A DNA stretch of 64,000 nucleotides from a bacterium (GTDB lineage Bacteria > UBA8248), in NCBI GenBank assembly GCA_965221165.1, contig CBDCRP010000003.1, forward strand, positions 608,001 through 672,000, written 5' to 3'. Shown one piece after another: positions 26,972-37,523 of this stretch. A program made the translations under genes and the position numbers. Under the pieces are notes generated by a model. It was not told the DNA's origin. It saw only the letters and a list, made by a program, of their open reading frames with translations, and made no database searches. Within the stretch, counting starts at the first letter, position 1. Every line of letters begins with the position of its first letter.

Positions 26972-29119
26972 ATGACTCCTAAACGCGGACTTCGCATCGG
27001 CATCGACACGGGCGGCACGTTCACCGACGTGGTCGGCGTGCGCTCCGACACCGGAGAGGTCTTCACCACCAAGACCCCGACGACGCCCGCAGACTTCAGT
27101 GAGGGCCTCATTCAGGGAATCAAGAAAATACTCTCTGAAACCAAGATTCGTCCCGCTCTGGTGAACGGCGTGTTCCACGGCACGACGGTGGCGACGAACG
27201 CCATCCTCGAGCGTCGCTTCGAGGATCTGGGATTCATCGTCACGGGGGGATTTCGCCACCTGCTGGAAATCGGGGGAGCGAACGGCAGGGCGAAGGCCCA
27301 CTACGCGGCCTCCCTGCTCGCAAAGCCCCGCGACGCGCTGGTGCCTCCCGAGCGGATCCGGGAGGCGAAGGAGAGAATTTCCGCATCGGGCGAGGTTCTC
27401 GAATCGATTAAAGAACAAGACGCCCTCAAGCTCGCGAGATGGTTCAAGGCGCAGGCGATCGGCTCCGTCGGGGTCTGTCTGCTCCATGCCTACGCCAACC
27501 CGGCGCACGAGCAAACCATCCTCGAAGCATTCGGGCGCGAATACCCGGAATGTTTCGTGAGCATATCGAGCGAGGTGATACCCGAACCCGGTGAATACGA
27601 GCGCGCCATCACCACCCTGCTCGACGCGTGCATCAAGCCGCGCATCAAGGATTATCTGGAAAGCAGTTCCCGGAAAATCGAGGATACCCTGGGCGGCGCG
27701 CCCTTCATGGTCATGAAGAGCAACGGCGGGGTTTCCACCGCGCGGGAAATCGCAAGAAGGCCGATAGGCACCGTGCTTTCGGGACCGGCCGCGGGCGCGC
27801 TGTCCGCAGCCTATCTGGGCAAACTCTCCGGGCACGAACAACTCATCACCCTGGACGGAGGCGGCACTTCCACGGACATCGCCGTCATCGAGGGCGGCGA
27901 GGCGAAGCGCGCCACCCGGCACCAGCTCGATGAGTTTCTCTTGAGGATGCCGATGATCGACGTCGTCACCATCGGCACGGGGGGCGGCTCCATCGCATGG
28001 CGAAGCCCCGAGGGGAGGCTCCGCGTGGGACCCAGGAGCGCGGGCGCGGACCCGGGGCCCATCTGCTACGGAAAAGGCGGCGAGGAGCCCACCCTCACCG
28101 ACGCGAACCTGCTTCTGGCCCGCAGCCCGCTCCATCTGGCGGGCGGCGAGGTGAAGCTCAACAAGGCGCTCGCCATGAAGGCCATGCGCGAGCTTGCGCG
28201 CGGGTTCGACATGAACCCGCACGAAATGGCCGCCGGCGTCATAGAAATCGCCGCATGGAACCAGACCCACGCCGTGCGGCGTGCGACGGTGCAAAGGGGA
28301 ATTTCTCCGAAAAACTTCGCCCTGATGGCCTTCGGCGGTTCCGGCCCGCTGACGGCGGGCCTCGTGGCCGAACTGCTCGAAATCGACACCGTCATCGTTC
28401 CGCCCTTCGCGGGCATGACGAGCGCATTCGGGCTGGAGGTCGTCGACCTCGTGAACGACCACGCGGCGGCGCATTATCAAACCGAAGAGAACGTCCACCT
28501 GGAAACCCTGGGCGACGCGTATGAGAAACTCGAAGCCCAGGCCGCGGCGGGTCTTGATAACGAGGGCATCCCCGCGCACCGGCGGATGATGCGAAGGGCC
28601 GCCGAGATGCGCTACCAGGGAGAGGCCACCGAGATTGAAGTCGACGTGCCCGGAGGCTACCTTACCCCGCCGGTTCTGGCGGAAGCCTTCGAGCGCTTCC
28701 ACATGCTCTACCGGCGCCGCTACACCTACAACCACAAGGGGAGCCGCCCGGTCGAAATCGTGCACCTGCGCGTCACGGGCGTCGGCATGACGGAACCGCC
28801 GAACCTGCCCCTGATTCCCGCCGGCGAGGACAGCCCCGAGGAGGCCTACAAGGGCGCGCGCCTCGTCTGGTTCAAGGAGTTGGGCGGATTCCACGACACG
28901 CCGGTCTACTACCGGGAGAGATTGCTGGAGGGCAACTACATTCCCGGACCCGCGGTCGTGGAGAGTTTCGGCAGCACGGCGGCTATCTTCCCCAGACAGG
29001 AAGCCCGCGTGGACAGATACGGAAACCTGGTGATGCGCTTCCGCTCGGAGGTCTTCGAGCGCGACGAGCGCGCAGGCAGGCCGACGGGCGATCACGGCGT
29101 GGGAGCGGCATGGAAATGA
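26972..29119 (+). CDS. Hydantoinase/oxoprolinase subunit A
   Basis: IDTGGTFTD, HGTTVATNA, SGPAAG, DGGGTSTD, GPRSAGADPGP. Confidence 0.92.
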   Translation: MTPKRGLRIGIDTGGTFTDVVGVRSDTGEVFTTKTPTTPADFSEGLIQGIKKILSETKIRPALVNGVFHGTTVATNAILERRFEDLGFIVTGGFRHLLEIGGANGRAKAHYAASLLAKPRDALVPPERIREAKERISASGEVLESIKEQDALKLARWFKAQAIGSVGVCLLHAYANPAHEQTILEAFGREYPECFVSISSEVIPEPGEYERAITTLLDACIKPRIKDYLESSSRKIEDTLGGAPFMVMKSNGGVSTAREIARRPIGTVLSGPAAGALSAAYLGKLSGHEQLITLDGGGTSTDIAVIEGGEAKRATRHQLDEFLLRMPMIDVVTIGTGGGSIAWRSPEGRLRVGPRSAGADPGPICYGKGGEEPTLTDANLLLARSPLHLAGGEVKLNKALAMKAMRELARGFDMNPHEMAAGVIEIAAWNQTHAVRRATVQRGISPKNFALMAFGGSGPLTAGLVAELLEIDTVIVPPFAGMTSAFGLEVVDLVNDHAAAHYQTEENVHLETLGDAYEKLEAQAAAGLDNEGIPAHRRMMRRAAEMRYQGEATEIEVDVPGGYLTPPVLAEAFERFHMLYRRRYTYNHKGSRPVEIVHLRVTGVGMTEPPNLPLIPAGEDSPEEAYKGARLVWFKELGGFHDTPVYYRERLLEGNYIPGPAVVESFGSTAAIFPRQEARVDRYGNLVMRFRSEVFERDERAGRPTGDHGVGAAWK

Positions 29120-30828
29120 ATGCGAACCCGATTGTGAGCGAAATTCTGGCAGGCGCCCTGCGCGCGGTCGAGGAGGAAGTCGAGGATCTCCTCGCGCGCA
29201 TCTGGCGCAGCCCCTCGCTGCGCGACGCGGGCGATTTCTCGGTCTGCCTGTTCGATTGTTTCGGACGCGCGCTCACCGGGCGGGTGCTGGCCTCAGGACC
29301 CGCGCCCATCATCCGCGCGTATCCCGAGATGACCGAGGGCGACGTTTTTCTCCATAACGACCCCTATATGCCGCCTGCGGGCCTGGGCGAAGCCGCCGAG
29401 TTGTGCCTCACCCGCCCCCTGTTCGCAGGCGATGCGCTCATCGCCTTTTTACAGATCAGGGGACGCCACGACGACCTGGGCGGCGCGCTGCCCGGCGGGG
29501 CGAGCGTCGGCTCGCGCGAGAGCTATCACGAGGGCATCCTCATCCCGCCGGTGCGGATAGCCCAGGGGGATGAAACCGCCCAGGACATCAAAACCCTGCT
29601 CTTGCGGAACAGCCGCCAAGCCCATTTCCTGGGTGATGACATCGACGCCCAACTCGGCGCGCTTCGCATAGGTGGTGCGCGGCTCATGGATTTGACGCGA
29701 AGATACGGGGCGGAGAACCTCTCGGCGTGCTTTGCCGATTTGCTCAGGGAGTGCGAACTCGCGTTTCGCGCCCAGCTCATCCCGCAGCTTCCCGAAAAAA
29801 GCTGGACGGCGCACACCTCGGTGGAATCGGACGGCATAAACGGCCCCCATGAGTTGACGCTCACGCTCACGCGGCGCAAGGACGCCCTGCGCATAGAGCT
29901 GGACGCCACCCCCCAGGCCCGGGGGCCGATAAACTGTCCCTTAGAAGGTGAAGGCGCGCAGTTCCTGACCCGCCTCCTCGCTCCCATGCTGCTCCACCTG
30001 CAGGATGACATGAGCGAATTTCCCTTGAACGACGGGGCTTTAAGAGCATTCGACGTTCAACTGCCGGAACCCGGAACGATACTGACCCCCCGCTTCCCCG
30101 CGCCGACGGGCTTGAGGGCGCTCACCCTGGGGAAACTGCTCTCGGCGTTCGGCGAGGCGCTCTTCGAGGCGTCGGGCGGACGCACGCCCACAGGCTTCGA
30201 CAACCTGAGAACGCTCAGCTTCTGGGGACATGATGAAAAAGGCGGCTTCCACCTGCTGAGAGAAGCCCTGGGCGCAGGCGCGGGCGCGCACATGAAAGGG
30301 GACGGGGCATCCGCGGTTCCGCCCATCGGCGCCACCGGCGGCATGCCCGTAGAGGTGATGGAGGCGCGCTATCCGGTGCGTGTCGAGTCGATGGGACTGG
30401 CCCGGGACTCGGGCGGCGCGGGCGAGCGACGCGGCGGCCTGGGCGTTTACAGGGAATACCGCCTGCTCATCGACGGCACGTCGGCGAGCGCCGCAGGAAG
30501 CGCCGAGGGGGGGCCTTCGGGCGGTGCGGGCGCATCGGCCGGAAAACCCTACGAAATACGCCACCGCTCCGGCAAAAAGAGCGCGCAGGCGCCTGCGGTC
30601 GGCGCATCCACCGCGTTTTCGAGCGGCGACGCGATTCGCGTCTCCACCCCCGGCGGCGGCGGATGGGGCGACCCCGGAGAGCGCGACCCGCAAGAGGTGC
30701 GCGCCGACGTTCTGCGCGGCCTCGTCTCCGCAAAGGCGGCGGAGGCGGTCTACGGCGTGGTTTTGGGAAGCGCGCCCGGCTTTGCGATCAACGAGGATGC
30801 GACCCGAAAACGAAGAAGAAAAAAATAA
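29110..30828 (+). CDS. Hydantoinase B/oxoprolinase subunit
   Basis: NDPY, EGILIPPV, PVEVMEARYP, DSGGAG..RGG, TPGGGGWGDP. Confidence 0.88.
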   Translation: MEMNANPIVSEILAGALRAVEEEVEDLLARIWRSPSLRDAGDFSVCLFDCFGRALTGRVLASGPAPIIRAYPEMTEGDVFLHNDPYMPPAGLGEAAELCLTRPLFAGDALIAFLQIRGRHDDLGGALPGGASVGSRESYHEGILIPPVRIAQGDETAQDIKTLLLRNSRQAHFLGDDIDAQLGALRIGGARLMDLTRRYGAENLSACFADLLRECELAFRAQLIPQLPEKSWTAHTSVESDGINGPHELTLTLTRRKDALRIELDATPQARGPINCPLEGEGAQFLTRLLAPMLLHLQDDMSEFPLNDGALRAFDVQLPEPGTILTPRFPAPTGLRALTLGKLLSAFGEALFEASGGRTPTGFDNLRTLSFWGHDEKGGFHLLREALGAGAGAHMKGDGASAVPPIGATGGMPVEVMEARYPVRVESMGLARDSGGAGERRGGLGVYREYRLLIDGTSASAAGSAEGGPSGGAGASAGKPYEIRHRSGKKSAQAPAVGASTAFSSGDAIRVSTPGGGGWGDPGERDPQEVRADVLRGLVSAKAAEAVYGVVLGSAPGFAINEDATRKRRRKK

Positions 30829-30992
30829 TTTTCGGCTTTTCTCGCCTCCAGGGCGCATCGCAGGGTGTGAGGGAGAAAAAAACCTCCGGGCGCACTTGGA
30901 GCCATCCATCGTATCGGGTAGAATCCGCCCTCGCAGGAAGCGGGAGGCGCCCGCGAAACCAGGGCGAGAAAACGTATTTCCATATCCCCTAA

Positions 30993-32024
<1,032 letters not shown>

Positions 32025-32038
32025 GAGGCTTGGGTGTA

Positions 32039-33262
32039 ATGGGGACAATCACGAGCAACATTGAAAACGGCGACCCGAAACTCGGCGTGGAGGATATCGA
32101 CGTCGCGGGCAAGCGGGTTTTCCTGCGCGTCGATTTCAACGTGCCGCTCGATGAGCAGGGACACATCACCGACGACGCCCGCATCAGAGCCGCCCTGCCC
32201 ACCATCAACTATCTCCTGGATGAGGGAGCGCGGGTCGTCATCGGCTCCCATCTCGGTCAGCCCAAGGGAAGGTTCGACGCGAAAAATTCCCTGGCCCCGG
32301 TCGGCAAACGCCTGTCCCGGCTCCTGGAAAAGGAATGTCCCCTGACGCCCGATTGCACGGGAGCAGAGGCCAGGAGCATGGCGGAGGAGATGAAGCCGGG
32401 CCAGGTTCTTCTGCTGGAGAATCTCAGGTTTCACCCGGGAGAGGAGAAAAACGACGAGAAGTTCGCCCGAAGGCTCGCCTCCCTGGCCGAAGTCTACATC
32501 GGCGATGCGTTCGGCAACGCCCACCGCGACCATGCCTCGATGTCGGCGATCACGAAGTTCCTGAACCCCGCCGGCGCCGGTTTTCTGATGATCAAGGAAG
32601 TGAGCTACCTGAGCGGAGCGGTGAACAACCCGATGCGCCCCGTGGTGGCGATTCTCGGTGGCGCGAAGGCGAGCGCGAAAATCGGCATCGTAGAGCGAAT
32701 ACTGCCCAAGATGGACAAGATAATCATCGGGGGCGGCATGGCGGGCACCTTCCATCGCGCGCTGGGCTACGAGATGGGAAACAGCCTGGTCGAGGAACAC
32801 ATGGTGGACACGGCGCGCTCGATCATGAACAAGGCGAAGGAACTGGAGGTGAAGTTCTATCTTCCCAGCGACTACGTGATCGCGGACAAGTTCGAGGCCT
32901 CGGCGGAAACCAAGGTGGTGCCCGCGCAGGAAGTGCCCGAGGACTGGTATGCGCTCGACATCGGACCCGCGAGCACCACTTTATTCGGCGAGGTGCTCCA
33001 GGACGCGAAAACCATCATCTGGAACGGCCCGATGGGCGTGTTCGAGGTAGACGCCTTCTCGCGCGGGACATACGCCATGGTGAACCACGTGGCGAACTCC
33101 TACGCTCTTACGATAGTAGGCGGCGGCGATACGGACGTGGCCGTTCACTCGGCGGGGGAATCGAGGCGCATTTCATACATCAGCACGGGCGGCGGCGCCT
33201 TCCTGGAACTGCTCGAAGGCAAGGAACTGCCCGGTCTGGCCTCCCTGACGGATAAACACTAA
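32039..33262 (+). CDS. pgk: Phosphoglycerate kinase
   Basis: RVDFNVP, LENLRF, WNGPMGVFE, STGGGA. Confidence 0.97.
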   Translation: MGTITSNIENGDPKLGVEDIDVAGKRVFLRVDFNVPLDEQGHITDDARIRAALPTINYLLDEGARVVIGSHLGQPKGRFDAKNSLAPVGKRLSRLLEKECPLTPDCTGAEARSMAEEMKPGQVLLLENLRFHPGEEKNDEKFARRLASLAEVYIGDAFGNAHRDHASMSAITKFLNPAGAGFLMIKEVSYLSGAVNNPMRPVVAILGGAKASAKIGIVERILPKMDKIIIGGGMAGTFHRALGYEMGNSLVEEHMVDTARSIMNKAKELEVKFYLPSDYVIADKFEASAETKVVPAQEVPEDWYALDIGPASTTLFGEVLQDAKTIIWNGPMGVFEVDAFSRGTYAMVNHVANSYALTIVGGGDTDVAVHSAGESRRISYISTGGGAFLELLEGKELPGLASLTDKH

Positions 33263-33294
33263 ATCACCCCAAAAGGAAAAAGAGGAATTTTGAG

Positions 33295-34071
33295 ATGCGG
33301 CGCGCCCTGGTGGCCGGCAACTGGAAAATGAACAAGACGATTGGGGACGCGCGAACGCTCGCGCGCGAAGTGGCCGGGGGCGTAGCAGGCGAGGACCTCT
33401 CGGGCGCCGACGTCCTCCTGGGTCCCCCCTATCTATCGCTTCCGGCAGTGGCGGAGGCGGTCTCTGCGAGCCCCGTCGGCGTTGCCGGGCAAAACTGCTC
33501 CCATCACCCCGACGGCGCATACACCGGAGAGGTGAGCGTCTCGATGCTTAAGCACGCGGGCGCCACCCACGTCATTCTCGGGCACAGCGAAAGGCGCGAG
33601 ATGACGGGAGAAGGCGACGCCCTCATCGCCCGAAAGGCGCAGGCGGCGAGCGCGGGCGGCCTCACGCCCATCATCTGCCTCGGGGAACCGTTTTCCACGA
33701 GGCGGACGGGAACCACGCTCGCACGCATCGCCCATCAGGTGGAAACCTCGATTCAGGGCGCGTTCTCCTCCCCTCCCGCCGGCGGCCTCATCATCGCGTA
33801 CGAACCCGTATGGGCCATCGGCACGGGCCTCACGGCCACGCCCGAGCAGGCCCAGGAGGCGCATGCCTTCATCCGCGAGCGACTCGAGAGAATTTTTGGC
33901 TTGGAATGCGCGCAAGAAACGCGTATCTTATACGGTGGCAGCATGAAACCGGACAATGCAGCGGAGTTGTTCTCGCAGCCGGATATCGATGGCGGTCTCA
34001 TCGGCGGTGCGAGTCTGGACAGCGGGGATTTTCTGGCGATCATCCGCGCCGCCTGCGCGACTTCCGCATAA
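33295..34071 (+). CDS. tpiA: Triosephosphate isomerase
   Basis: GNWKM, GHSERR, AYEPVWAIGTG, LYGGS. Confidence 0.97.
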   Translation: MRRALVAGNWKMNKTIGDARTLAREVAGGVAGEDLSGADVLLGPPYLSLPAVAEAVSASPVGVAGQNCSHHPDGAYTGEVSVSMLKHAGATHVILGHSERREMTGEGDALIARKAQAASAGGLTPIICLGEPFSTRRTGTTLARIAHQVETSIQGAFSSPPAGGLIIAYEPVWAIGTGLTATPEQAQEAHAFIRERLERIFGLECAQETRILYGGSMKPDNAAELFSQPDIDGGLIGGASLDSGDFLAIIRAACATSA

Positions 34072-34089
34072 CATGAAAAGAGTGAGAAA

Positions 34090-34404
34090 ATGGCGATAGT
34101 ATTAACCGTTTTGCATGTAGCCGTGGCGCTTTGCCTGGTGCTTTCCGTGCTTCTCCAGGCGGGCAAAGGCGGCGGCATCGGAGCCGCCTTCGGCGGATCG
34201 AGCGATACGATGTTCGGCTCTCGGGGACCCGTGAACTTCCTGAGCAAGATTACGACCGGCGCCGCCGTCCTCTTCATGGTAACCTCGCTTCTGCTCACCT
34301 ACATCGGCTCGCACGGCGGCGGTCAGGATGCTTCGATAATGCCTGCCGCGCCGGTGCAGACCACGACGGCACCCTCGAAACCTGCCGCCCCGGAGAAGAA
34401 ATAG
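34090..34404 (+). CDS. secG: Preprotein translocase subunit SecG
   Basis: VLLQAGKGGGIGAAFGG..FLSKIT; follows tpiA. Confidence 0.93.
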   Translation: MAIVLTVLHVAVALCLVLSVLLQAGKGGGIGAAFGGSSDTMFGSRGPVNFLSKITTGAAVLFMVTSLLLTYIGSHGGGQDASIMPAAPVQTTTAPSKPAAPEKK

Positions 34405-34450
34405 CGCGGGCGAGACCGGCTCCACCATTCGCGCGCGCTGAGGCCCCACG

Positions 34451-36526
34451 ATGCTGATCAAGCGCCTCTTGTTGTTGCTCCCCTTCGTCATCGCGGCGGT
34501 GTTGTTCCAGTCCTACTTCTGGGTCCCGACGTTCTCCGACCAGACCAAGGGAGGCGGCGAGCGCCTCCGCCAGTTCATCACCGGCTCCATCGGCGATGCG
34601 CAAATCCTGAACCCCATTCTTCACGCCGACACGGCGAGCGGCGCAATCGTCGACCATGTGTTCGAGGGCCTCGTCGACAGGGACCGCGATCTGTCTTATC
34701 GGGGCCGACTGGCCACCTCGTGGAGAATCCATGAAGAGGCGTTCTTCGTGCCCCATCCCGAGGGACCGGGTGCGAAGGCCCTGGCCGCGCGCATCGCGCG
34801 GGCGCGCGACGCCGGTGAAGCCGCGTGGCTGAAAAACATCGAGAAAATCGAGGTTATCGCTCCCGCCGAGGGAAAAACCTTCATCCGCACCCCGCCGCCC
34901 AAGGGGAAGAAAAAACCCGGGCGGATGCCCATCCTCATCTCCTATCCCGAGCGCGTGAAGATGACGCTCAAAAACGTGGATCAGGACCTGTTCAAGCGCC
35001 TTCGAAAGTGGCTCGGGGAAAACGGGATCGCGACCGACGCCGCCGCCTACGTCAAGACCACCGTGCCTGAGCCTCTGCGCCCCCAGGCCGCGCGGCGCGT
35101 TCAGCTCACCGAACACAACCCCGTCATCATCTTCAAGCTCAGGCGCGGAGTGCGCTTCCACGACGGCCACGAATTCGACTCGGGCGACGTGCGTTTCACC
35201 TACGAAGCCATCATGAATCCCAAAAACCTCTCCCCGAGAGTGCCGGATTACGAACCCGTCAAGCGCGTGGAGACGCCCGACAGGTTTAGCGCAAAAGTCA
35301 CCTACAAGCGTCTCTACTCGCCCGCTTTCGGCACCTGGGCCATGGGGGTGCTGCCCGAGCATCTGCTGAACGCCCAAAAGCTCGCCCAAGAGGCGAAGCG
35401 CGCGGGCAAGGACCCCAAGACGTTCAGCGTGCGCGACAGCGCGTTCAACCGAAAACCCGTCGGCACGGGGGCGTTCGTCTTCAAGGAATGGCGCTCGGAC
35501 GAACTCATCCGGCTCGCGCGAAACGAGGACTACTGGGAGGGGCCGCCCGAATATCACGAATATGTCTACAGAATCCTGCCCGACCCCCTCACGCAGGAGA
35601 TCACCTTCTACGCGGGTACGGTGGACCGCTACGGGGCGGGCGCCCACCAGGTCGAGCGGCTCAGAAAAGACCCGAGATTCCAGGTGTTCTCGGGCCTGGG
35701 CTTCGGGTTCACCTACGTCGGCTACAACATGCGGCGCTGGCCGTTTCAGGACGTGCGCGTGCGCAAGGCCCTAGGGCTGGCGGTGAACACCAGGCAGATT
35801 CACCGCTACGTGCTAAACGGCGAGGCGGAGGACATCACCGGCCCGTTCGTCAAGCAGAGTCCGCATTACAACCGGAGCATCAAGCCCCTGGCCTACGACC
35901 CCAAAGGGGCGGTGCGCCTGCTTCACGCGGCGGGGTTCAAGAAAAAAGACGGAATCCTGATGAAGGACGGCAAGCCCCTGGCCTTCAACCTGATGACCAA
36001 CCACGGCAACGAGATCAGGCGCGCCGTCGGCACCGTCGTGCAGGACGCCTGGAAGAAGATAGGCGTGAAAATCACCTTCTCCCAAGTCGAGTGGGCCGTG
36101 TTCATCAAAAAACACGTCAATCAGCTCAATTTCGACGCGGTCGTCCTCGGCTGGAGCATGGGCCTGGACCCGGACCTCTACCAGATCTGGCATTCGAGCC
36201 AGACGGGCAAGGGCCGGCTCAATTTCGTGGGCTACAAAAACCCCAAAGCCGACGACCTCATCATCAAGATCCGCCAGGAATACGACCTCGCGACGCAGGT
36301 TCGCTACGCGCACGCGCTCCACCGCATCATCGCCGCGGATCAGCCCTACACGTTCCTGTACGTCGGCAAGTGGACGGCGCTGCTCGACAGAAAAATCGCC
36401 ATCGCCAGACGCCTGGCCGACGGGAAAATAAGGCCCCGAAAAATCCGCCCCACCATCACGGGAGGCTATTCGTTCGATTTCAACGAGTGGCTCAAGTTCC
36501 CCCGAATCCCCAAATTCGAGAATTAA
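34451..36526 (+). CDS. Peptide/nickel ABC transporter substrate-binding protein (family 5)
   Basis: LNPIL, FKLRRGVRFHDG, PVGTGAF, DVRVRKAL, DQPYTFL. Confidence 0.9.
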   Translation: MLIKRLLLLLPFVIAAVLFQSYFWVPTFSDQTKGGGERLRQFITGSIGDAQILNPILHADTASGAIVDHVFEGLVDRDRDLSYRGRLATSWRIHEEAFFVPHPEGPGAKALAARIARARDAGEAAWLKNIEKIEVIAPAEGKTFIRTPPPKGKKKPGRMPILISYPERVKMTLKNVDQDLFKRLRKWLGENGIATDAAAYVKTTVPEPLRPQAARRVQLTEHNPVIIFKLRRGVRFHDGHEFDSGDVRFTYEAIMNPKNLSPRVPDYEPVKRVETPDRFSAKVTYKRLYSPAFGTWAMGVLPEHLLNAQKLAQEAKRAGKDPKTFSVRDSAFNRKPVGTGAFVFKEWRSDELIRLARNEDYWEGPPEYHEYVYRILPDPLTQEITFYAGTVDRYGAGAHQVERLRKDPRFQVFSGLGFGFTYVGYNMRRWPFQDVRVRKALGLAVNTRQIHRYVLNGEAEDITGPFVKQSPHYNRSIKPLAYDPKGAVRLLHAAGFKKKDGILMKDGKPLAFNLMTNHGNEIRRAVGTVVQDAWKKIGVKITFSQVEWAVFIKKHVNQLNFDAVVLGWSMGLDPDLYQIWHSSQTGKGRLNFVGYKNPKADDLIIKIRQEYDLATQVRYAHALHRIIAADQPYTFLYVGKWTALLDRKIAIARRLADGKIRPRKIRPTITGGYSFDFNEWLKFPRIPKFEN

Positions 36527-36527
36527 A

Positions 36528-37523
36528 GTGGGCGCCTACATCATCCGGACGACGCTGTTCAAGCTGGCGACGCTGTTCATCATCTCGATCGTGAGTTTTC
36601 TGATCATCCATCTTGCGCCCGGGGAGCCGAGCCAGATAGACCCCTTAAACCCGCGCTTCACGCAAGAAGACCTGGCGCGCTACCGCGCCGCCTTTAACCT
36701 CGACAAACCGCTTCCGGTGCAATACTGGCGCTTTTACAAGAAATTCTTCACCGGCGAACTCACGAGCCTTAAGGACAACCAGCCCGTTTTCGGGAAAATA
36801 TGGCGGCGCTTCCTGATCAGCCTGCCCCTGTTCATCGTGGGCACCATCATCACCTGGTGTCTCTCGTTTCCGCTCGGAATCGCGGGCGCGCTCAGGCGCT
36901 ACAGCTTTTTCGACCGCTCCACCACCTTCATGAGCTATCTCATGATCTCGATGCCGAGTTTTTTCCTCGCCTACATCCTCATCATCGCCGTCGTTCAGGG
37001 GTTTACGCTCCCGTTCGTCGACTACCGCGTGCCGGGCCTGGAAGTCTCCGTCCTGGGAATCGAGACCTTCGGCCGGGGCGACGCCTCTCCCCTGTTCAGA
37101 ATCAACGATCGCATCTGGCATCTGGTGCTGCCCAGCCTCGTGGGCGCAATCGGCGGCATCGCCGTGCTCTCGCGCTACGTGCGCGGCCAGATGATAGAGG
37201 TGGTGGATTCGGACTTCATCCGCACGGCCCACTCCAAGGGCCTGGATGAAGACACCGTGAACTACGTGCACGTCTTGAGAAACGCGGCCCTTCCCTTCGT
37301 CACCATGTTCGGACTCATCCTGCCGGGGCTGATAGGCGGCTCGGTCATCATCGAGAACATCTTCGCGTGGCCCGGCATGGGGCGCATGGGCTTCGAGGCC
37401 GTGCTGGCGCGGGACTACCCGGTAATCCTGAGCCTGAACTTCATGTCCGCCATCCTGGTCGTCATCGGCACCTTTATCTCCGACATCCTGCTGGTCGTCG
37501 TCGACCCGAGGATCCGCCTGTGA
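36528..37523 (+). CDS. Peptide ABC transporter permease (OppB/DppB-like)
   Basis: LAPGEP, LDKPLPVQY, DFIRTAHSKG, FAWPGMG, DPRIR. Confidence 0.92.
   Translation: MGAYIIRTTLFKLATLFIISIVSFLIIHLAPGEPSQIDPLNPRFTQEDLARYRAAFNLDKPLPVQYWRFYKKFFTGELTSLKDNQPVFGKIWRRFLISLPLFIVGTIITWCLSFPLGIAGALRRYSFFDRSTTFMSYLMISMPSFFLAYILIIAVVQGFTLPFVDYRVPGLEVSVLGIETFGRGDASPLFRINDRIWHLVLPSLVGAIGGIAVLSRYVRGQMIEVVDSDFIRTAHSKGLDEDTVNYVHVLRNAALPFVTMFGLILPGLIGGSVIIENIFAWPGMGRMGFEAVLARDYPVILSLNFMSAILVVIGTFISDILLVVVDPRIRL

Noticed and set aside
26945-29095. Long antisense ORFs (also 10063-11544, 44360-46324, 60416-62398 and others)
   Set aside because: Typical GC-rich shadow frames opposite well-supported genes
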